A stretch of DNA of 62,116 nucleotides from a virus (IMGVR_UViG_3300021420_000004:1-62116); one strand, 5' to 3'. Numbered from the stretch's first letter, positions 1 through 9,305 are shown. Made by a program: numbers and translations. The notes: generated by a model not told the origin, from the letters alone.

Positions 1-127
1 TCTCGCACACTCTCGATAAGCACCCTCCCACGGGAGAGCAATTCCTGTGCCTGCTCCAACTGAGAACTGGATGAGCCGTATTTGAGTGTCTGTAAATCCA
101 TCCCTTGCATCTTCATCGAGACTTGCA
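1..127. repeat. terminal overlap identical to 61990-62116 (circular assembly)
   Basis: Exact 127-nt match to the window end; the polymerase frame reads through the join. Confidence 0.95.
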
Positions 128-885
128 GACTCGAAAGTTTCGATGTCGTAACTAAGCACAAATTGACTGCTTGACTCAACCCGATCCACAAATCCTCGTA
201 CATCATCAAGACTTGGGCGTGTGTCATACGCGATCTTGCCATTGCGGACTCCTTCCTCTAAATCCCATATCCATTCCCGGTCCTTCCCCGATGCGACGTT
301 GATCGCACGCTGGAGGTTGCGGGAGAAGAATCCTTGGTACGCCGCCTTGCCTCGGCGGATGAACGCGGGATGGTAGGCGGGGATCACGGGGATCGTCCTA
401 TAGGGCGGCGGCTCCATACTATCCGCCCAATGCTGCCCCGGCCCCTTCAGGACATATCCGCAAAGATGCCCCACCCCTCGTGCTTCCCCCGCCTCCCCCG
501 TCAACTCCCGCAACGCCGTATCCCCCAGCGCCAAAATCGCCTTGGGCCTGCGCTCGGCAATCGCCACGTCCAGATTCGGTCGGCAATGATTCAGCGCGGA
601 GAATTCCCACGGCGATCCTACGAGAAAGTTATTCTTCGGTCGGCAGCGTAGGCAATTCGTCCATGAGAACTGCGCTCGGGATAGGCCCATGCGAGTGAGC
701 GTGCGTTGAACGACGGATCCCGCTGGCGCATAAGGGACTAAGGGGATGCCTTCGCGGGCTTCCATCTCACCGGATGCTTCCGCTACTATCATCACCGACA
801 GCGATCCGGTGCCATCGACGCGGGTGAAGTCGGTGCCGTGGGAGGCGCAAGAGCAACCTTCGCAACTGAGAGGTTTCTGTCGCAT
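1..885 (-). CDS. N-terminal part of DNA polymerase A: family-4 UDG-like domain plus start of 3'-5' exonuclease (continues at 61989-60109; about 921 aa in total)
   Basis: Hand translation from ATG 885: MRQKPLSCEGC..VMIVAEASGEMEAREGIPLV..TNCLRCRP..ILALGDTA..AYHPAF..LSYDIET; in frame with the PolA ORF across the overlap. Confidence 0.9.
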   Translation of the reverse strand, partial: MRQKPLSCEGCSCASHGTDFTRVDGTGSLSVMIVAEASGEMEAREGIPLVPYAPAGSVVQRTLTRMGLSRAQFSWTNCLRCRPKNNFLVGSPWEFSALNHCRPNLDVAIAERRPKAILALGDTALRELTGEAGEARGVGHLCGYVLKGPGQHWADSMEPPPYRTIPVIPAYHPAFIRRGKAAYQGFFSRNLQRAINVASGKDREWIWDLEEGVRNGKIAYDTRPSLDDVRGFVDRVESSSQFVLSYDIETFESASLDEDARDGFTDTQIRLIQFSVGAGTGIALPWEGAYRECAR

Positions 886-887
886 AG

Positions 888-1067
888 TTATGGCTCTAGT
901 AGTATCGGAGGCCCATAAGGAACTGGAATCTCAGTAAACCTATAATCCGTTGACAGCAATGCGAGGTGATACTTACGGCGGCATTCAGGACAAGTAAGGT
1001 TGAGCGAAGAACCGCCGACAGCAACTACCCATTTCTCATTTCCACACTGACACCTTACGCCTCTCAT
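888..1067 (-). CDS. small zinc-ribbon-like protein (59 aa, not in ORF track)
   Basis: MRGVRCQCGNEKW...LTCPECRRKY; ATGA coupling to the upstream gene; stop abuts the pol start. Confidence 0.6.
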   Translation of the reverse strand: MRGVRCQCGNEKWVVAVGGSSLNLTCPECRRKYHLALLSTDYRFTEIPVPYGPPILLEP

Positions 1068-1267
1068 CGGTACGCCTCCGGGTATCTCCTCCGCGCCTCT
1101 TCCACTCCCACCATCTCCTCAACCTTCGCCCGCTTCTCTGGGTCGTCGCGAAGGTTGAGCGCCGCCTGCCTCCTAGCGCCTTCAGTCACCGGCCCCCACT
1201 CGGTCATAATCACCGGAGGACGCTTGCCAAAGCGGGACTTGAACTGCTGCCACCATGTCTGGTTCAT
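1064..1267 (-). CDS. hypothetical protein
   Basis: Translationally coupled ORF in the replication operon. Confidence 0.65.
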   Translation of the reverse strand: MNQTWWQQFKSRFGKRPPVIMTEWGPVTEGARRQAALNLRDDPEKRAKVEEMVGVEEARRRYPEAYR

Positions 1268-1500
1268 TTATGACTCTCCAATAAAAGTATCGCTCGATCA
1301 TGATTGACCAGCCAGACAGCAAACTTCGTCATAATCCTCATAATCTCGGGAGCAGTGATTAGTATCTCGGGCCACTGCTGTGGTGGGCCACCTACCCGCG
1401 CAACGGATGTCGTCAGGATATATGGCATAATAACTCCTCCATCCTCAATGAGGAATGACGCGGCGTCTTTAAGGAGATCGTCGGCGTAGACTACAGCCAT
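1264..1500 (-). CDS. hypothetical protein
   Basis: Coupled to the helicase stop and to the next gene. Confidence 0.6.
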   Translation of the reverse strand: MAVVYADDLLKDAASFLIEDGGVIMPYILTTSVARVGGPPQQWPEILITAPEIMRIMTKFAVWLVNHDRAILLLESHK

Positions 1501-2933
1501 CGCTGTATCCTTTCATCCGCCTTACAATGCATCACAAACCTCTCCCGCTGTCCCACGATCCTCAACCCTTCCAAGGTCCGGCATCGGCTGAGCGCGACGT
1601 ACAACATACCCGGATGCGAGAAGAAGGAGTTGCGAATGTCCACCTGGAGCTTATCGAGGGAGAGCCCCTGAGACTTATGTACAGTAGACGCATAAGCCAA
1701 TCGCACCGGATAATATTCCACTTGCCCGATCACATACTTCCCCTTTCCGTCCCGATGCTCTCCCGCGTACCATCCGTCCTGCCTTAGCGTGGAATCCCAC
1801 CGCTCCGGCTTATCCTTCACCGCAACGGATCGCACCAGCTTAGGAACGCTAACAACAGCGCCAGTACGCACAAGACGGATATCGAGAGAGTACGTTCCGA
1901 CGGACTCCACATGGCCGCAGTCTCCGTTCACCCAAGGGAACTTTCCGGTTTCGTCGTCGATCTTGGCATTGGAAAGGATCATCACATAGCAGCCTTCCTT
2001 GAGGATGAGGTTGAACGGGATCGACTTCCATTCGGATCGCTGCTGGCCCCAGCGACGGCTGCTGACTGTGAACTTCGCTCCCTTATGCCCATCCAGCTTC
2101 AGTTGATTAAACCGATCCACCTGGTCGTTCTTCGGCACCAGGGTGGTCCCGTCGTAATCCGTGTCCAAGGCCGTCTCCCAGCGGACGCCGACGGAGGAGA
2201 GGACTTCCGCCGCCGGTCCTCCTTGGCCGCGACGGGCGAAGTTGAGCGCTTGGAGGAATTCCTGCTGGTCCTGCCGCCAGATGCGAGTGAGCCGCGTCGT
2301 ATGGGCGTCGAAGTGCTCCCAGCACTCCGCCTCGAATGCGAACTTGGCCTTCACCGGAGGGAGCTGCGCGAAGTCCCCTACGAGGACGATCCCCATCGGG
2401 GATTTAATATCCGCATAGTCGTTCGCCTGCTGGAGCCCGCGATAGATGAGGTCGAGCTGGAGGCCGTCGATCATGGAAACTTCGTCGATCACCAGCCAGC
2501 GGAACTCCAATGCCAGTTTGTGCAGCGCCGTCGTAAGGCGTCCGGTGAGATAGTTGTCACGAAGACCGTCAGAATCGAAGTAACCTAAAAGGCTATTTAT
2601 TGTGACCGCCGAAAGGTTGACCGCCGCGATCCCCGTGGACGCGCTTAGGATTCCGTAGGAAGGGTCGGCCTCGATCCGTCGCTTGATCTCGAAGGTTTTG
2701 CCGCAACCGGCGCTCCCGCAGAGGAATTCGCAGGGTACGACTCCGCCATCGGGAGCCACTTCTTCCGCCATCGCTTGATCGAACTCCGGCTGCATTTCAG
2801 CTCCTTCGCCATCAGATATTCGTTCCCCTTGCATTTCGCCAGCGCGTCGAGGTAGTTCAGCCGGATCGCCTCCTTCATTGGAGTCACCGGGGCGAGGGGG
2901 ACGCGGATAAGTCGCTTGTTCGGGGCCATTCAC
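1491..2933 (-). CDS. PIF1/RecD-like SF1B DNA helicase (true start may be ATG 2771)
   Basis: GSAGCGKT, IDEVSM, GDFAQLPPV, VNGDCG, TVHKSQGLSL, YVALSR motifs. Confidence 0.92.
   Translation of the reverse strand: MNGPEQATYPRPPRPGDSNEGGDPAELPRRAGEMQGERISDGEGAEMQPEFDQAMAEEVAPDGGVVPCEFLCGSAGCGKTFEIKRRIEADPSYGILSASTGIAAVNLSAVTINSLLGYFDSDGLRDNYLTGRLTTALHKLALEFRWLVIDEVSMIDGLQLDLIYRGLQQANDYADIKSPMGIVLVGDFAQLPPVKAKFAFEAECWEHFDAHTTRLTRIWRQDQQEFLQALNFARRGQGGPAAEVLSSVGVRWETALDTDYDGTTLVPKNDQVDRFNQLKLDGHKGAKFTVSSRRWGQQRSEWKSIPFNLILKEGCYVMILSNAKIDDETGKFPWVNGDCGHVESVGTYSLDIRLVRTGAVVSVPKLVRSVAVKDKPERWDSTLRQDGWYAGEHRDGKGKYVIGQVEYYPVRLAYASTVHKSQGLSLDKLQVDIRNSFFSHPGMLYVALSRCRTLEGLRIVGQRERFVMHCKADERIQRWL
2645..2929 (-). 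CDS. Fis-type helix-turn-helix protein overlapping the helicase 5' end
   Basis: ALAKCKGNEYLMAKELKCSRSSIKRWRKK resembles the Fis/NtrC HTH pattern AL....GN...AA..LGISR.TL.R. Confidence 0.6.
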   Translation of the reverse strand: MAPNKRLIRVPLAPVTPMKEAIRLNYLDALAKCKGNEYLMAKELKCSRSSIKRWRKKWLPMAESYPANSSAGAPVAAKPSRSSDGSRPTLPTES

Positions 2934-3173
2934 TTAGAATCCCTCGTCCTTCCATTCCGCGCCACATTCCCGGCAGATAATTTTCTTGCCCTCGTTCATG
3001 AGTATCAGGATATGGCCCGTGGCTCGGTCGCACTTGGCAATTTCATTTCTACTTTGCTCTAATGCCTCCGCAACCGGAACCCTACGCCACACAGGGTCCT
3101 CCGCGATCAGGTCTCTATTGTCGCTTCGTCCGCGCGCATCGTGGTTGTTGGAATAACTGCTTGTGACCACCAT
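2934..3173 (-). CDS. hypothetical protein with C-terminal CxxC
   Basis: GGAGG SD before ATG 3173; IICRECGAEW. Confidence 0.6.
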   Translation of the reverse strand: MVVTSSYSNNHDARGRSDNRDLIAEDPVWRRVPVAEALEQSRNEIAKCDRATGHILILMNEGKKIICRECGAEWKDEGF

Positions 3174-3190
3174 CGTCAGTCCTCCGAAAG

Positions 3191-3230
3191 TTAAAACGGC
3201 ACCGAACCGTCTCACCGCGCCCGGTGCCGC
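3191..3230 (-). terminator. intrinsic terminator downstream of the SSB-like gene
   Basis: GCGGCACCGGGC/GTTCGGTGCCGT stem followed by a short T tract on the minus strand. Confidence 0.6.
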
Positions 3231-3267
3231 ATTCGCCAACCTGAGCAGGACATCACCTCCTCTCAGC

Positions 3268-4005
3268 TTACTTGTTATGCGGCGTCTCCAAGGGCCAAAA
3301 TTGGACGATCCTCGCCTGCGCCCGCACCTGCGACTTACACACTGGGCACGCGGTCACCGGGTCATGCCCGCCGGACCGCAGTTGTGCGAATCGGTGCATC
3401 CCCAGCAGGAACGGCTTCGGCGCTCGATCCCCTTTCTTCTTTGCCACGTCGCCGCAGGTCATACATTGCGCTTCCCAAGCGGTCTCGACCACGATCTCCG
3501 GTTCCGCCGCGAGCACCTTCAGGAATTGCTCCATGCGTGCGCCGGGAGTGGCTGGGACCAGCGGCTGCTTTAGCTTCACAAGGATGGTGCCGATCTGCGA
3601 GTTGCCGGATCGCTCGACGACCGTCTTGACCCAATACTCAGTCAGCTTCACGCCGTCGTGCTTGCCCGAGGAGTCAAGGATCGTGCATTCCATGTTGGTC
3701 GCCAGAAATGGCTTGCCGTCGTTCATCTTGGGATAGCAGAACGCCGCGAATCGCTGAAGGTTTCCTTTGGAGTCCTTGATATCCACCTGCTTCAGCTTGG
3801 CCCGCCATTTGCCGTCTGGTAGCGGAGGAGGGACGGCGTAGGCATCGCCAGCCGGATTCTCGCTTAGTTGCTCCGACATCAGCCGGGGATCATTCAGGTC
3901 AATTACCTCTGCCGCCTGCGCCGATCCATTCGCGCCGTGGGTTGTGGTTGCGGAGGCTTCTGAAGGCCCCCCTTCATAGGTGGGTTCAAACGATGGTGTA
4001 CTCAT
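3268..4005 (-). CDS. putative ssDNA-binding protein (DUF669-like) with zinc finger
   Basis: GGAGG SD before MSTPSFE; PPLPDGKWRAKLKQVDIK; CMTC...CPVC; directly downstream of the Sak4-like gene. Confidence 0.65.
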   Translation of the reverse strand: MSTPSFEPTYEGGPSEASATTTHGANGSAQAAEVIDLNDPRLMSEQLSENPAGDAYAVPPPLPDGKWRAKLKQVDIKDSKGNLQRFAAFCYPKMNDGKPFLATNMECTILDSSGKHDGVKLTEYWVKTVVERSGNSQIGTILVKLKQPLVPATPGARMEQFLKVLAAEPEIVVETAWEAQCMTCGDVAKKKGDRAPKPFLLGMHRFAQLRSGGHDPVTACPVCKSQVRAQARIVQFWPLETPHNK

Positions 4006-5057
4006 TTGGTTACAGCCTCCTTGGGAATAGAAATTCGTGCAACGCCTGACGTGCCAGAGAGCAGACGACCAAGCCGCTGATCCATCTTTTCGCGCCAGCC
4101 TTTCAACGACTCCGACTGCGATTGATCCTTCGACAACTTGTCGCAGAGATGAAGATAGGAGTCGAATCCATGCTCGACCGTCGGCTCGAAGTATCCATAG
4201 GGATACTCCTTCGAGAACTCCTTGATCTTCTCCGGCGGGATGCGTGGCTTCGCCGGGAACATGATCCCCGTCGCCGGATCGGGATGCTTCTTGAAGTACA
4301 TCCGCACGGTGGTATCGACGATGATGGTCTCCAAGGGGTCGCCGCCCTCGGGGTTGGGTACTTTGACCGGACGCTTGATTGCATAATCCTGCGCGTGAAT
4401 ACAATCACCGACCCACGACGGGCAAGCGGCGGTGGCCTTCTTACCCGCAATGGATGGGCCGTAGATCGTCGAACGGTCGTCGTCCTCGGCTTTCGACTCC
4501 AGCGCGGTAAAGAGAACATAGCGCACCGGCAGGGAGAGGAACTGGGTGGTTAGCGCATAGAGCTGATTCTGGACGAAGCCGAAGTGGTTCTGCGTCGAGG
4601 GACCGAACTTCTCTTCTTTCCACTCTCCGTTGACTTGAATGGGCACGTTGAACAGGCCGGTGTAATCATCCTTGCCGAACTTTAACCCTTTGTCAGCTGC
4701 GTAGCGCATCAACATGTTTGACAGAGACGACCAGCCTTCCACGGCAATCCCACCGATCTCGTTCCAGTCCATCGGCTTCATGTTGATCTTCGTCGGGTCT
4801 ATCTCCGAGGTATCTTCGGGCCAGTAACCTTGGCTGATTTTACGAATCATGGGGAGAGGAAGGACCGCCGCCTCGCAGCGGTAGGCACGGATCATGCCAG
4901 CCTCGACCTCTGGTTCGCACGGCCCCCAGCCCCCGCCGTCCGACGAGAACAGGCAGGTAGATTTGCCAGTGGTCTCAGCTATATAGTGGGAGAACTGCTT
5001 GACCATGCCAGTTTTCCATGAGCCGGAAGGTCCGTAGATAACCCCGCTTCTAGCCAC
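4002..5057 (-). CDS. Sak4-like / AAA_24 ssDNA-annealing ATPase
   Basis: N-terminal VIYGPSGSWKT Walker A; VLFTALE..IYGPSIAGK..PSWVGD. Confidence 0.8.
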   Translation of the reverse strand: MARSGVIYGPSGSWKTGMVKQFSHYIAETTGKSTCLFSSDGGGWGPCEPEVEAGMIRAYRCEAAVLPLPMIRKISQGYWPEDTSEIDPTKINMKPMDWNEIGGIAVEGWSSLSNMLMRYAADKGLKFGKDDYTGLFNVPIQVNGEWKEEKFGPSTQNHFGFVQNQLYALTTQFLSLPVRYVLFTALESKAEDDDRSTIYGPSIAGKKATAACPSWVGDCIHAQDYAIKRPVKVPNPEGGDPLETIIVDTTVRMYFKKHPDPATGIMFPAKPRIPPEKIKEFSKEYPYGYFEPTVEHGFDSYLHLCDKLSKDQSQSESLKGWREKMDQRLGRLLSGTSGVARISIPKEAVTK

Positions 5058-5376
5058 GCGCCACGTCCGATCCGGGGAAGGAGGTTGACTTGTGTGCCTC
5101 GTTCAGGTTGTCCAGGTGTGCGGACATAGCGCGATCTGCTGGCGTTGGTTGCGCGACTGCGGCCCGAGCCTTCCGCTTTCGTCGCACGACCGGCTTCGAG
5201 ACGGCGGGAGCGGACGCCCCAGCTCCCCCCTCGATGCGTTCGAGAAGGAGCGTCCGCTGGTTGGTGATGGGATCGAGGTAATCCGCGACTACCTGCATCC
5301 CCTGCACGGAGGTCCGGCGGGTGATGGGGTCGGAGGGGCCGAGGGATAGCTTACGAAACTTTGACTTGGTTGCCAT
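5050..5376 (-). CDS. hypothetical protein
   Basis: Coupled ORF with a basic RRKRK patch. Confidence 0.65.
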   Translation of the reverse strand: MATKSKFRKLSLGPSDPITRRTSVQGMQVVADYLDPITNQRTLLLERIEGGAGASAPAVSKPVVRRKRKARAAVAQPTPADRAMSAHLDNLNEAHKSTSFPGSDVARG

Positions 5377-5518
5377 TTAACTTTGCCCTTTCTCGGAGCC
5401 GCTTTTGCGCGGCCCGGTTACGACAGTTCGCGTCATAGTACACCTTAAGGGGATTGCCGCGACGAGAGAATTTCCTCCCGCATCCGCACTTGCATTCGAG
5501 TCTCCTGACGATTCCCAT
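5351..5518 (-). CDS. small basic zinc-finger-like protein (55 aa, not in ORF track)
   Basis: MGIVRRLECKCGCGRKF...YYDANCRNRAAQKRLRER; first ORF after the 5578 promoter. Confidence 0.6.
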   Translation of the reverse strand: MGIVRRLECKCGCGRKFSRRGNPLKVYYDANCRNRAAQKRLRERAKLNGNQVKVS

Positions 5519-5549
5519 AAGCGTTTACTAATATTACTAATCGGGTCCA

Positions 5550-5578
5550 ACCATACGCCCAGTCACGATTCCTGTCAA
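5550..5578 (-). promoter_or_regulatory. sigma70-type promoter for the replication operon
   Basis: TTGACA-17-TATGGT with an AT-rich upstream element. Confidence 0.75.
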
Positions 5579-5607
5579 GCTTTTATTTCAGATTATTTCT
5601 CACAGCC

Positions 5608-5627
5608 TGTGGATAACCTGTGGAATA
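5608..5627. promoter_or_regulatory. DnaA box plus near-match
   Basis: TGTGGATAA (reverse complement of TTATCCACA) at 5608-5616 and TGTGGAATA at 5619-5627, both intergenic. Confidence 0.5.
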
Positions 5628-5647
5628 AGCGTAGGCGTCTTGGGCGG

Positions 5648-5950
5648 TCACTTTTGCACCATCGGCGCAACCAGAGTCATCGTGTGATCCGTGCAAAAGT
5701 TGATGCCGTCTCCGCAGTTCGGCGTGCGCAGATCGTGCCAGATCGGATTAACTTCCGGTATCCGGTCGGGCAGCGGAGCGGAGAGCACGGGAGCCACAGC
5801 GGGCACTACCACGATTCGTCCAGTCGGCATTACGCAGGCAATCTTGGTTTCTGAGAAATCGACGACTTCGCACCAAGGATAAGCGACTGACTTATAACTT
5901 TGCCCCGACATGCCCACCTGGAGGAGACAGACCGCCAAGAGAATTCTCAT
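5648..5950 (-). CDS. small putative secreted Cys-containing protein
   Basis: MRILLAVCLLQVGMSG|Q signal-like N-terminus. Confidence 0.55.
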   Translation of the reverse strand: MRILLAVCLLQVGMSGQSYKSVAYPWCEVVDFSETKIACVMPTGRIVVVPAVAPVLSAPLPDRIPEVNPIWHDLRTPNCGDGINFCTDHTMTLVAPMVQK

Positions 5951-6132
5951 TGTGTTGTACCGCCAGAGGTAATCGTAAACGGACGGTAATAAACCTCGCA
6001 AAATGACCTAACATATTCGTCGCGTGTCATCACTGCCGCCAATCCGGGATGCTTTTGGATGAGCCAGTCGTACCATGACGCACCGATTAGAGGTAATGAA
6101 GCAGCATATTCCTCGTTAGTTTGTTGAATCAT
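5947..6132 (-). CDS. hypothetical protein
   Basis: GGAGGT SD; coupled to neighbours. Confidence 0.5.
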   Translation of the reverse strand: MIQQTNEEYAASLPLIGASWYDWLIQKHPGLAAVMTRDEYVRSFCEVYYRPFTITSGGTTQ

Positions 6133-6252
6133 CTCCCACCTCCGAGTTTTACGTTGCCTGCGAGAATGACCAATATTCCAAACAGGAACAGCGCGATATC
6201 TACTAGGTTCATCGTTTCCCTTTCTTGGCTCGGAGACAGAAAAGAAGAGTCT

Positions 6253-6441
6253 TCATTGCCCAACCTTCGGCTTTGTGTGCGTAAGGCAAGCTATTCTAAA
6301 ATTGCTGGACTCTGCTTTACCGTCGCTAATCCATGATACTGAGGCGATCCGCTCATCTGATAAATGAAAGCACTCAATTACCATCGCAGGGCCTCCGCTC
6401 TTCAAATACACCACGTCGCCAACTTCAAATGACTTGCTCAT
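6253..6441 (-). CDS. DUF2158/YodC-like small protein
   Basis: FEVGDVVYLKSGGPAMVI signature; GAGGAG SD. Confidence 0.8.
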   Translation of the reverse strand: MSKSFEVGDVVYLKSGGPAMVIECFHLSDERIASVSWISDGKAESSNFRIACLTHTKPKVGQ

Positions 6442-6468
6442 TTTTTGTCTCCTCGACCGCACTCAGGA

Positions 6469-6657
6469 TCAACGCGGCTCATTTTCCACGAGTTGCACAT
6501 TCGGCCATTCAGCGCATAGGAAGCCCCGCAAATAGTCACCGAGCACTATAAGTATTTCTTCCTCGGACATTCCGTGATCTGGAACGCGGCCAATAATTCC
6601 GCGCTCGTCGAGTTGATCGTATAGCTTCTTGGCTGCATTAGCGATTATGTGGCTCAT
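6469..6657 (-). CDS. hypothetical protein
   Basis: AAGGAG SD; same-strand gene cluster. Confidence 0.55.
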   Translation of the reverse strand: MSHIIANAAKKLYDQLDERGIIGRVPDHGMSEEEILIVLGDYLRGFLCAEWPNVQLVENEPR

Positions 6658-6819
6658 GGCTGCTCCTTGTGCGTAGACACCGCACTCAATTTATCCACAA
6701 TTTCCCATAACTGAAACGCGATGGTAACTAGCAAAACCGGAATAGTGACGCACAACATAAACGACTCAAGTGAATTCATTTTCCCTCCGTCTTTGCGAGA
6801 TTAGTCTGGCTCATTGGAA

Positions 6820-7188
6820 TTATCCTTCTGACGCTCGATCCCGCTGCGGTCCGCAGGCGTCGAAAAGCGGCTTAAGTTTCTCGCCGTAGTGCTTGTAACT
6901 CGGCTGCTGTGGCCGCATCTTGCGAACTCTGGCGGCGAACAACTCCGTGGCATAAATCGTTCCAACCGTATCATCCGCAGCTTTCGCGTCTCGATAGGAT
7001 GCTTCCAGAACCTCAATGTTCTCTGGTGTGATCGGCTCACAATCCGCCGTAGCCCACCAAAAGCAATCGCTGCAATTCGCTAAGAATGTAATCGGGGCGT
7101 AGTTTCCGTCCATGCGCCACCAGAGATTGGAGTTGTCGCCGAAATCAAATACTTTCAACACGCGAAGAATGAACTCTTCTTGGCTCAT
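6820..7188 (-). CDS. hypothetical phage protein
   Basis: MSQEEFILRVL...CSDCFWWATADCEPITPEN...RKMRPQ; globular-looking composition. Confidence 0.65.
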   Translation of the reverse strand: MSQEEFILRVLKVFDFGDNSNLWWRMDGNYAPITFLANCSDCFWWATADCEPITPENIEVLEASYRDAKAADDTVGTIYATELFAARVRKMRPQQPSYKHYGEKLKPLFDACGPQRDRASEG

Positions 7189-7354
7189 TTGGGCTTCTCC
7201 GTCTCCTTGGCCAGCCGCGCCCTGCATGTGCATCCTCCAAGGCCGTGTACTAATAGGCATCCCCAATCATGCTTCACCAGTTCCCAAAAGAGTTGCCAAA
7301 AGAAACTTGATCGGTGGTCGTCGAATATGACTGGTGGCGGCATCCTAAGATTTC

Positions 7355-8173
7355 TCACTTTCCCTCCCCTGGCTTGGCTGTAGGACGCAATTCCCTCTCT
7401 GCCGCATCAAGAGCCAACGTCTGCTCCAGCAGTTCGGCCAACTCAGCGATGTGCTTGAAAGTTATATCCTTGGCGGGTGATCCGATGCACAGGTATCCCT
7501 TGTTGCACAGTCGTTGAATTTTACGCGCAATAGAGACGGGCGATTCCTCGCGCCCTCCAACTCCCGCCCGGCCGCCACCGTAAAACTCTTCTCGTTCTTC
7601 TGCTATTTCCAGTGCTGCCGCCGTGCGTGGTTCCGATGCGCCCGACTCGATTGGTCCGCCATGTTCTGAGCAAGCCCACGTCTTCCGCATAGGGACTCCG
7701 CAGACGGTACAACTTGGTGCTGGTGGCCCCTCCTGGCTGGGGTGTCCAGCGTATCGACTCTCCGATTTGTAGGCGGCTAATCGCTCACCCCAAGGCTTAT
7801 CCATGAAACCTGGTGTTCGCCATAACTGCTCAACTGCACCCATGAATGCTTCCTCGCTTGGCGCGGCTGTCGCCGGAGCGGAGGCGGAATGCCAATCATT
7901 ATTACAGTAGAAGTACTCACCCCACTGATAGCCAACTTGTAACTTGGTCGCCTTGTCATTACTTGCGCATCCGGGGCATCGTTCTCCCTGCGCTTCCATC
8001 TCCGCATCAATCTCGAATGTTTCGCCGTCTTCGAGCGGGTAGAACAACCTGCGCGCCTTATCAAGAGCCTCGTTCTCACAACTGGCCGTAACTCGTGCGC
8101 CTTCCGCCATACGCTTACCATCACGAAATCGTGAAACTCTGTACTCTTGGGGCGCTGCTTTGTCTTCGCTCAT
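7355..8173 (-). CDS. hypothetical mosaic protein with CxxC modules
   Basis: 272-aa ORF with CPGC and CTVC motifs and low-complexity linkers. Confidence 0.6.
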   Translation of the reverse strand: MSEDKAAPQEYRVSRFRDGKRMAEGARVTASCENEALDKARRLFYPLEDGETFEIDAEMEAQGERCPGCASNDKATKLQVGYQWGEYFYCNNDWHSASAPATAAPSEEAFMGAVEQLWRTPGFMDKPWGERLAAYKSESRYAGHPSQEGPPAPSCTVCGVPMRKTWACSEHGGPIESGASEPRTAAALEIAEEREEFYGGGRAGVGGREESPVSIARKIQRLCNKGYLCIGSPAKDITFKHIAELAELLEQTLALDAAERELRPTAKPGEGK

Positions 8174-8174
8174 C

Positions 8175-8456
8175 TCAAATCTCTCCGCCTTCCATGATTG
8201 AAAATCCCTTGACTAGCCTACAACCAATCCCGTATTGCGACTGTTCGTAAGCATCTCGTTGCGGATTCTGCAGCAAGCTGAATCGGCGTCCACTCTTTTC
8301 CAGCGTATGATGGGCTAACCCGGTATCGCGTGATCCGCAGAATGGACAATCCTCGAATACCAGAGTGAGCGGACCGTATTGACTTTCCGACGCATACACG
8401 TGATGACAAGATCGGCAATAGTTCATCGGCGTCTCTCGTCCCGTGTCTCCGCTCAT
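8175..8456 (-). CDS. zinc-ribbon protein
   Basis: CRSC...CPFCGS; GGAGG SD; ATGA coupling. Confidence 0.6.
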   Translation of the reverse strand: MSGDTGRETPMNYCRSCHHVYASESQYGPLTLVFEDCPFCGSRDTGLAHHTLEKSGRRFSLLQNPQRDAYEQSQYGIGCRLVKGFSIMEGGEI

Positions 8457-8707
8457 CGAGTTTCCTCCGGTTCTGTAGCCTTCCAGCGCTCTGCCGAAAG
8501 TTTGTACGAATGGATATGCGCTTGCCTGATTGTCACCTTGGGGTGCGTATAATGGTCCTTTTGGGCTGCACTCCAAGCTACTTCGAGTTCTGCTGCGTGC
8601 ATCGAATCGTAATAATTTCCCGTAGGCTCCCCAAGGCATTCAGTCCAATACACAACGGAAGATTCAGTAAATTCGCGCATCCATTGCTTGCTCTCAGTCG
8701 CCATCAT
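8453..8707 (-). CDS. hypothetical protein
   Basis: GGAGG SD before MMATESKQW. Confidence 0.55.
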   Translation of the reverse strand: MMATESKQWMREFTESSVVYWTECLGEPTGNYYDSMHAAELEVAWSAAQKDHYTHPKVTIRQAHIHSYKLSAERWKATEPEETR

Positions 8708-8815
8708 TTCGCCTCCGCTCAGATGTCCAAGTGACCTACGCCCTCGCAGTATTCGCAGGGCCAGCCTTCCCATTCCCTGCCGCTGCCGCTGCCGTGACAC
8801 TTAGGGCACTCCACA

Positions 8816-8844
8816 GCTTTGTCCGCTTCTATGATCCGCCGACC
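8816..8844. repeat. 29-bp direct repeat, copy 1
   Basis: GCTTTGTCCGCTTCTATGATCCGCCGACC; one mismatch to 9306-9334. Confidence 0.85.
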
Positions 8845-9026
8845 GAATTCTCAAAAATGGTCTTTACCGCAAGCGGGACAATCAAATCCCCATTCGTGGT
8901 CTTTAGCAGCCTTGCCTCTCGTCTGCCTGTCGGCCCCTCTGTGTCCTGCACTCTTAACTTCAGAGCAGTCATCCGAAGTCGGTTGTTTTCGCTCCGGTTC
9001 GCCGTTGCCGATCCCCGTCCGATTTG

Positions 9027-9302
9027 TCATACTCGTTCCTCAAGTTCGCGCCGAGATTTAAGAATGCAATCCTCACAGGTGTAGCAGCTTCCGAATCGCC
9101 CTTCGACTTTGGCACGCTCCATGACCATGCGAGTCTTTGCCGGAAGTGTCTGTGGACCTTTATGAATCACACTCAAACACTTATGCGAGAAGCGGGTAAC
9201 TACCCACGCAAACGAGCGACATTCGATCTCAACGTCTTCCGTGCCGACTCCATACAGGTAGTCCAGCGCATAGTGCTCCGAATCCGTGAGTGATTCGCTC
9301 AT
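9027..9302 (-). CDS. hypothetical Cys/His-containing protein
   Basis: AGAGGA SD within the repeat; HKC...CYTCEDC. Confidence 0.6.
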   Translation of the reverse strand: MSESLTDSEHYALDYLYGVGTEDVEIECRSFAWVVTRFSHKCLSVIHKGPQTLPAKTRMVMERAKVEGRFGSCYTCEDCILKSRRELEERV

Positions 9303-9305
9303 TTG

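Noticed and set aside
940-975. TATAAT and TTGACA as a promoter
   Set aside because: Wrong order and spacing, and inside the 888-1067 ORF
3268-4404. 378-aa ORF as listed in the track
   Set aside because: The first 133 codons overlap the Sak4-like gene; the SD-supported start is 4005
6691-6699. Perfect DnaA box TTATCCACA
   Set aside because: Isolated and within a probable small minus-strand ORF; could be chance
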